From the NCBI GenBank assembly GCA_964016885.1, contig OZ024750.1:6138001-6202000 (forward strand): a DNA stretch of 64,000 nucleotides. Direction: 5' to 3'. Positions 57,894 through 64,000 of this stretch are shown one piece after another (position 1 is the first letter of the stretch; each line of letters opens with the position of its first letter). The notes under the pieces were generated by a model, which searched no databases, was not told where the DNA came from, and saw nothing but the letters and a program-made list of their open reading frames with translations. The position numbers were made by a program, and so were the translations under genes. The DNA comes from Eledone cirrhosa. Lineage: Eukaryota.

Positions 57894-57948
57894 ACTGCTA
57901 TATATATTTCGGTGACGGCCATTATTGGCCGTGACCTCTTCAGGCAGT
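57894..57948 (-). ncRNA. Canonical minimal type I hammerhead ribozyme (family F)
   Basis: Reverse complement: actgc-CTGAAGA-ggt c acggcca ataa tggccgt c acc-GAAA-t ATAT a-TA-gcagt; G10.1-C11.1 pair and palindromic stem III loop. Confidence 0.9.
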
Positions 57949-58076
57949 CTGAATTGATGTGGAAAAGACAGGTACACATGTTGTTGAAGTGTGTTTCACT
58001 CTGTCAATACATCGATATGTCCAGCTCCTGGGTGTGTTGTTAGTCCTCCGAGGAACTGGAATCAAACCAACATATA

Positions 58077-58131
<55 letters not shown>

Positions 58132-58409
58132 CGGTGAAATATTCTGTTTTAATTACGGTTTTGCTTTAATTTTATAATAAAATACTATAAAAACCCCAAT
58201 TAAGTAAGAATACGTTCGAGGTACATTTTCGTTGTTTCTTTTGAAGCTCTCTAAAAGGGATACAATAAATTAAACCTCAGCACAAATGCGTTAAATTTGT
58301 TCTAAATATCTGAGTTCTTGTTCATAGCCAGAAGGTAAAACCTATAAATGATGTGTCAAGTAACGATCGCTTATTAGGAAAGTATAACATAGTTTTCTTC
58401 CGTTTTACT

Positions 58410-58489
58410 ATTGGGTTGTAATATAAATTCCCGCTATTTTTTTTAAAGAAGATTTATAACAACGGCGAGAATTTATGTTACAACCCAAT
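58410..58489. mobile_element. Miniature mariner-like MITE
   Basis: attgggttgtaatataaattc...gaatttatgttacaacccaat, ~21-24 bp TIRs. Confidence 0.65.
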
Positions 58490-59119
58490 CCATCAGATCA
58501 GCTTTTTAACTGCGTATCTTCACTTGGTATCTGATCATAGTTTGTAGGTATATTGTATAATCAGGCTAGTTAGTTACTTGTATCACTTCTTATATATTCT
58601 ATATGAATAGATTTTTGCTAATGATTAGTAAAATTCAAACATTTCCTGCTTATTGTGGTTGATTTCATCCGTCGTTATCCCATCGTCTGTTATCGCATCA
58701 ACCACAATAGCAGAAGATTAGAAGGAAATTCAATGCTTCAACATTCATCGCATAAATAATGATAAGTTGCAAATATTCATGAAATAAAATTCTCACGAGG
58801 GTTATGACAGGGTTAACTGTAAATAGGTGTGTCACGAATAGGAGTAGAATTAGATAAGATATAAACAGAATATGAAAATGAAGATTGAATAAAGAACTGT
58901 AAAATGTTTATACACAGCCAGCACAAAATTATTTTATCACTGCACAGCTGCCTGATGTAAGGGTGTGATAAAGTTCACATATTGTTCAATGGAAATTGTA
59001 CTATTTAAGTTTAATAGGATAATTATGACACACACTTACTATTATCACCTGCTCTGTAATTCTAATGTATAATTCTGAAAAATAGGTACATTAATAGTCA
59101 ACTTCACTCGAAATCACAT

Positions 59120-59156
<37 letters not shown>

Positions 59157-59207
59157 CTATACATATAAGCTATATAACATTCATCACCCATTTGACTGAG
59201 GTATACG

Positions 59208-59302
<95 letters not shown>

Positions 59303-59512
59303 TGTATGTATGTATGTATGTATGTATGTATGTATGTATGTATGTGTGTGTGTATACATACATATATAAGTATATATATATACATACATATATAAGTATA
59401 TATATATACATACATACATATATATATATATGTGTATGTATGTATGTATATATGTATGTGTGTGTGTATACATACATATATAAGTATATATATATATATA
59501 TACATACATATA

Positions 59513-59546
<34 letters not shown>

Positions 59547-60209
59547 CATATACACACACAGACATATATATATATATATATATAAACAGAGAGAGTGTGA
59601 TAGATAGATAGATAGATAGATAGAGAGAGAGGGTGAGAGAGAGAGGAGAGAGAGACTGAGATTCTTACACCTCAGTTAAACGGGTGATGAATATTATAGC
59701 TTTTAAAATAAACGGCTGAGCTGAATTCTGAATTGTTATATTACATTGGCTATTTCGAGCAGTTTCCTTCACTTGGCTTGACTCATATATTTGGACATAC
59801 GAACCAATTGAGTATCACGCAATCGTGTGAAGATGAAACATCTAAAAGAGTTATTAGAAGAAAACACATTACTACCGTTCAGCTGCTCACTATTGTTCAA
59901 TTTTCTAATGTTTGTACCACATTGTAAGGGATTCACTATAAATGATACAAATTTACATGTATCAGGAAAATAGTATAAAGATTGGATTTTAAGAAGAAGA
60001 ATAGAGATTACTTATTGCTTGACAGTTTGAAGAATGACGTTTATGAATTTGCATAAGCTTTCAATTGTATGCAGTATAGAGTAGACTTTTGAAACACTTG
60101 TATAGTTTAATAGTAATGTTGGTCATTTTATACACATCATCCCACTAGTGAATCACACAGAGTAATAAACTGTACAACACAATTCATAGATTAATAGGAA
60201 AAACACGTG

Positions 60210-60241
<32 letters not shown>

Positions 60242-60345
60242 TGTATGTATGTATGTATGTATGTATGTATGTGTCTATGTATGTATGTAATTATGTGTGC
60301 GCCTATGTTTGTATGTATTTATCTATATATATATTCATACGTGTT

Positions 60346-60390
<45 letters not shown>

Positions 60391-60400
60391 ATGTTTGTAT

Positions 60401-60437
<37 letters not shown>

Positions 60438-60499
60438 CATACATACATGTTGTATATATATCATATATATATATACACATCCATTCATACATGTTTGTA

Positions 60500-60542
<43 letters not shown>

Positions 60543-60554
60543 ACCATACATGTT

Positions 60555-60592
<38 letters not shown>

Positions 60593-61209
60593 CATCCATA
60601 CATGTTTATATATATATATATAGATATACATATATATACATCCATACATACATATTTGTATTTATATATATATATATATACATACATATATATACATATA
60701 TATATATATATAAAAACTATGAAAACACTTATTATGTGGTAGTACTAGAATGCTAGTTATACTATAAAGAAACGAATAACGTTTAATATAATTAATTTTA
60801 GTATCTAAACAGAAAGCAATGATTATCAGTATAATACAACAGGGAAACAAACCACATTAATGGTTTTATCTAGAATATTATTGATGAGTGACCTTTCTAT
60901 ATTCGATATAGTCTGTGTTTGCAATCATCGAACACTAAACTTGTGATGTTCATATTTACGTTTCATTGAAACATAAAAAGACCAAACACATAAAAAAAAA
61001 AGAAACAGCAACAACAATAAAAAAAGACGATACCAAGCAAAAAAAAAAAAAAAAAAAAAAACACAATACAACTAAGATGACAGAGAATCCTCTTGTGTGT
61101 ATATTAAAAATCAACCCCTGTAAGTAATCTATTCAGGACTACTTCAAACACGGCTACTACCAGTAATTCTATTAGTATCTTTAATCTTAATCTGAGAAAC
61201 TATCTCTCT

Positions 61210-61244
61210 AACACACAGACACACACACATTCACATATTCAGAC

Positions 61245-61334
<90 letters not shown>

Positions 61335-61550
61335 ACACACACGAACACACACGCACACGAATTCGCACACATTCACACACATTCACACACATTCACCCAC
61401 ATTCACACACGCGTTCACACACACATTCACACACATTCACACACACACATTCGCACACATATACACACACATTCACACACACACATTCACACACATTCAC
61501 ACACATACACACACATTCACACACACATACACACAGACAGATACACACAT
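61210..61550. repeat. (CA)n grading into (ATTCACACAC)n
   Basis: Direct reading. Confidence 0.9.
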
Positions 61551-62537
61551 CTACAATACGTATATGAAAGAATTTGTGGATTTGTGTCTACGTGGAATCA
61601 AGTGTATGTAAAATTATAGAAGCATCATGTATGCAGATGAGAGGAATGTTGACATAGATGCTTTTAGGAAGCGCGTTTCTAGGATCAGGTTACGTGGCAG
61701 ATTTTGTCTCGTGTAGTTCTTAGTTTAGACACATGTCGCCATTTGTTTAAGTTTCTCTCATTAACTGATATCTCAACTGCAATCCTTAATTATTACAGAT
61801 AATGGGAATGAGGGGTTATCCTAGAAAATCTGTAAAATACTTATAAAGTACCCAATCTCACATGCAACACGTTCACACAACACAAGCACATCTGTGTGGG
61901 GAACTTTCGTATTTACAAATCATGAAAATGTACCCAATATATAAAGTTTGCATATTGTATTAAAAGCGGGACTTTCATGATTCGACATTCGTCTCACGTT
62001 AGCAATTGAAATACACATGTGTATATGTGTTTGTGTGTGTATGTGTGTGTCTGTGTGTGACGTGTGCGTGTGCGTGTGCGTGTGTGTGTGTGTAACTATA
62101 TAATAGAATATATATACGAAAGGGTGCTAAGGATAAATTGTGAGTTCAGAACTTGTATTTAGCGCCCATGCACCACTATATATATATATATATATATACA
62201 TATATATACATATACATATATATATACATATATATATATACATATATATATTATTTCATTTACTATGTTCTCGCGTCATAACTTGTGTTTTCTCGTGTGT
62301 GAGTGAGTGTGTGTGTGTGTGTGTGTGGGGGGGGGGGGTTATAATCTATCTAAACAACTTGAAGTGGCATTTAAGAAGCTCATTTAGTGGTTTCCTGGTT
62401 ATCTGTAAACTCTTCAATTCACTTAAGTTCCAGGTTATTATGTTGATACTGTCGTATATAAAATGAATAGTTATCACATTTATACATATTTATCTCACTT
62501 CTGGTACTGATTTAAGCTTTCATTATTAGGGTCGGAC

Positions 62538-62728
62538 GCGGTGGATTGGCAGTATTGGTAGAGGGTCGGACGCCATGCTTTCACGTATAGAGTTACGGCC
62601 CTTGCCATTCTGAGTTCAAATCCCGCCAAGGTTAACTTTGCCTTTCATCCTTACGGGGTCGATAAAATAAAGTACCAGTAATGTGCTGGGTAATTGCTGG
62701 CCTTGTGCCAAAGGTAGAAACAATTATT
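62538..62728 (+). mobile_element. tRNA-derived SINE (main family)
   Basis: Full-length; preceded by an extra copy of the internal 12-mer agggtcggacgc. Confidence 0.92.
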
Positions 62729-64000
62729 AGTATAAGGTTTTGTAGTACACCTTCCTTATTTTCTCTTTCACTTCTGTGTTGTATTTTATCTCCGACTACG
62801 TATTTCCATGGCATATTCTGGTCTAATTCTCTAATTTCAGTATCTGTGTCTAATTTAATATTCTCAGTTGTAGTTAATTGTCATCTTTTTGTTATAATAC
62901 TCTCTAAAGAATATGTCAACAGTATAAAAACGACTCACATATCTCAAAATGAAGAGGAGAGAATGGATTCGAAAGGAAGCCGAAATATATAAAATCTCTG
63001 GAGACTAGGCCCACAATAGCCGACAAGGAAGTCACCACACTTTACAAACTGAATACCCACTGCCAATCCCAGTGGGTATGCTGTTCTCTGTAGTTCTTAA
63101 AATGTTGGTATTTCCTTGTCAGCTATTGGGAGCCTTGCCTCTAGTAATTTAGCATATTTTCGCTTTCCTTGGAATCTTTTCTGCTTTTTTTGTTTCGTAA
63201 TTTCACGCAGTATACTTGAGTTTCTGTTGCTGTTTTGCATCAGTGTTATTTATTTTGTATGTTTCTGTAGAACTTGTTAATATAAGATTCAGATACCTTT
63301 TTTTACCTTACATCAGTACATTACCATAATTTTTATAACGTTTGACAGAATAAGCTGTTATTTGTTTTAGGCTTTATATCTCCTGTGTTCAAATCCCAGA
63401 AAAGCCAACTTCGCCTTCCATCCTTCCAGGATCAATAATATAAACATTAGCAGGCAAATATTCTTCATTGCTATTCTCTCAAGTGTTTTTCTTTATTTTC
63501 TCTGTTTCAGTTGATTTGCCTGTAGCACATCTAGTTACAGTGATCTTATAACCATGCATTGAAAGCCAGTTTTCCCAGCAATTTAATATATATTTCTGTC
63601 ATAAGTATGGCACATTTTTCAGTAATAAAATTATTTCTGCTAAATATTCTACTACATTATAAGAAATTAAAAACAAGAATTTGTGTTGGGAGTAGGTGTG
63701 GGGGAGCACTCTTAAATTGGATCATTCTAGTTACTTACGTTTGCTTATGTAAAAATACTGAACGCGTTCACTTTACCTTTTCTCTCTCCGGGATTGAAAA
63801 CAGGAAGTTTCTGTAATATACTAACACTAGGTTGGATCAACTATATCCCTCCATTACAAATTCTCGGTGCTGTATTAATATAAAAAATCAAGTTTTCATG
63901 CCCCATGCCTTACATATATTAGTAACTAAAGCCATGCGAAAGCACACTATGAATTCTATCTTACTACACCAACCATTAAACAATATAATAATTTGCTTAT

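Overview
AT-rich, microsatellite-saturated eukaryotic non-coding DNA (intron or intergenic). The SINE families and repeat landscape point to a coleoid cephalopod, probably Octopus; this is an inference. I recognise no host protein-coding exon, and nearly all ORFs in the supplied track are read-throughs of (TA)n, (CA)n, (TATG)n, (GA)n or (AAG)n. The window holds about 25 copies of one tRNA-derived SINE, two other SINE types, 3' fragments of RTE, CR1-group and Tx1-like LINEs, a decayed R4/Dong-type element, a bipartite non-autonomous RTE-like family with a C2H2-finger remnant, a non-autonomous Helitron and several Tc1/mariner-type MITEs. The most notable signal is about ten hammerhead-ribozyme (HHR) loci (CUGAnGA...GAAA...UH). 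They sit in at least five sequence-distinct short elements that insert into (TA)n tracts and often form fold-back palindromes. A sixth, related fold-back family has lost the 5' core. The architecture matches Penelope-like (PLE) pseudo-LTRs or retrozyme-like elements. All folds were done by eye and boundaries are approximate.
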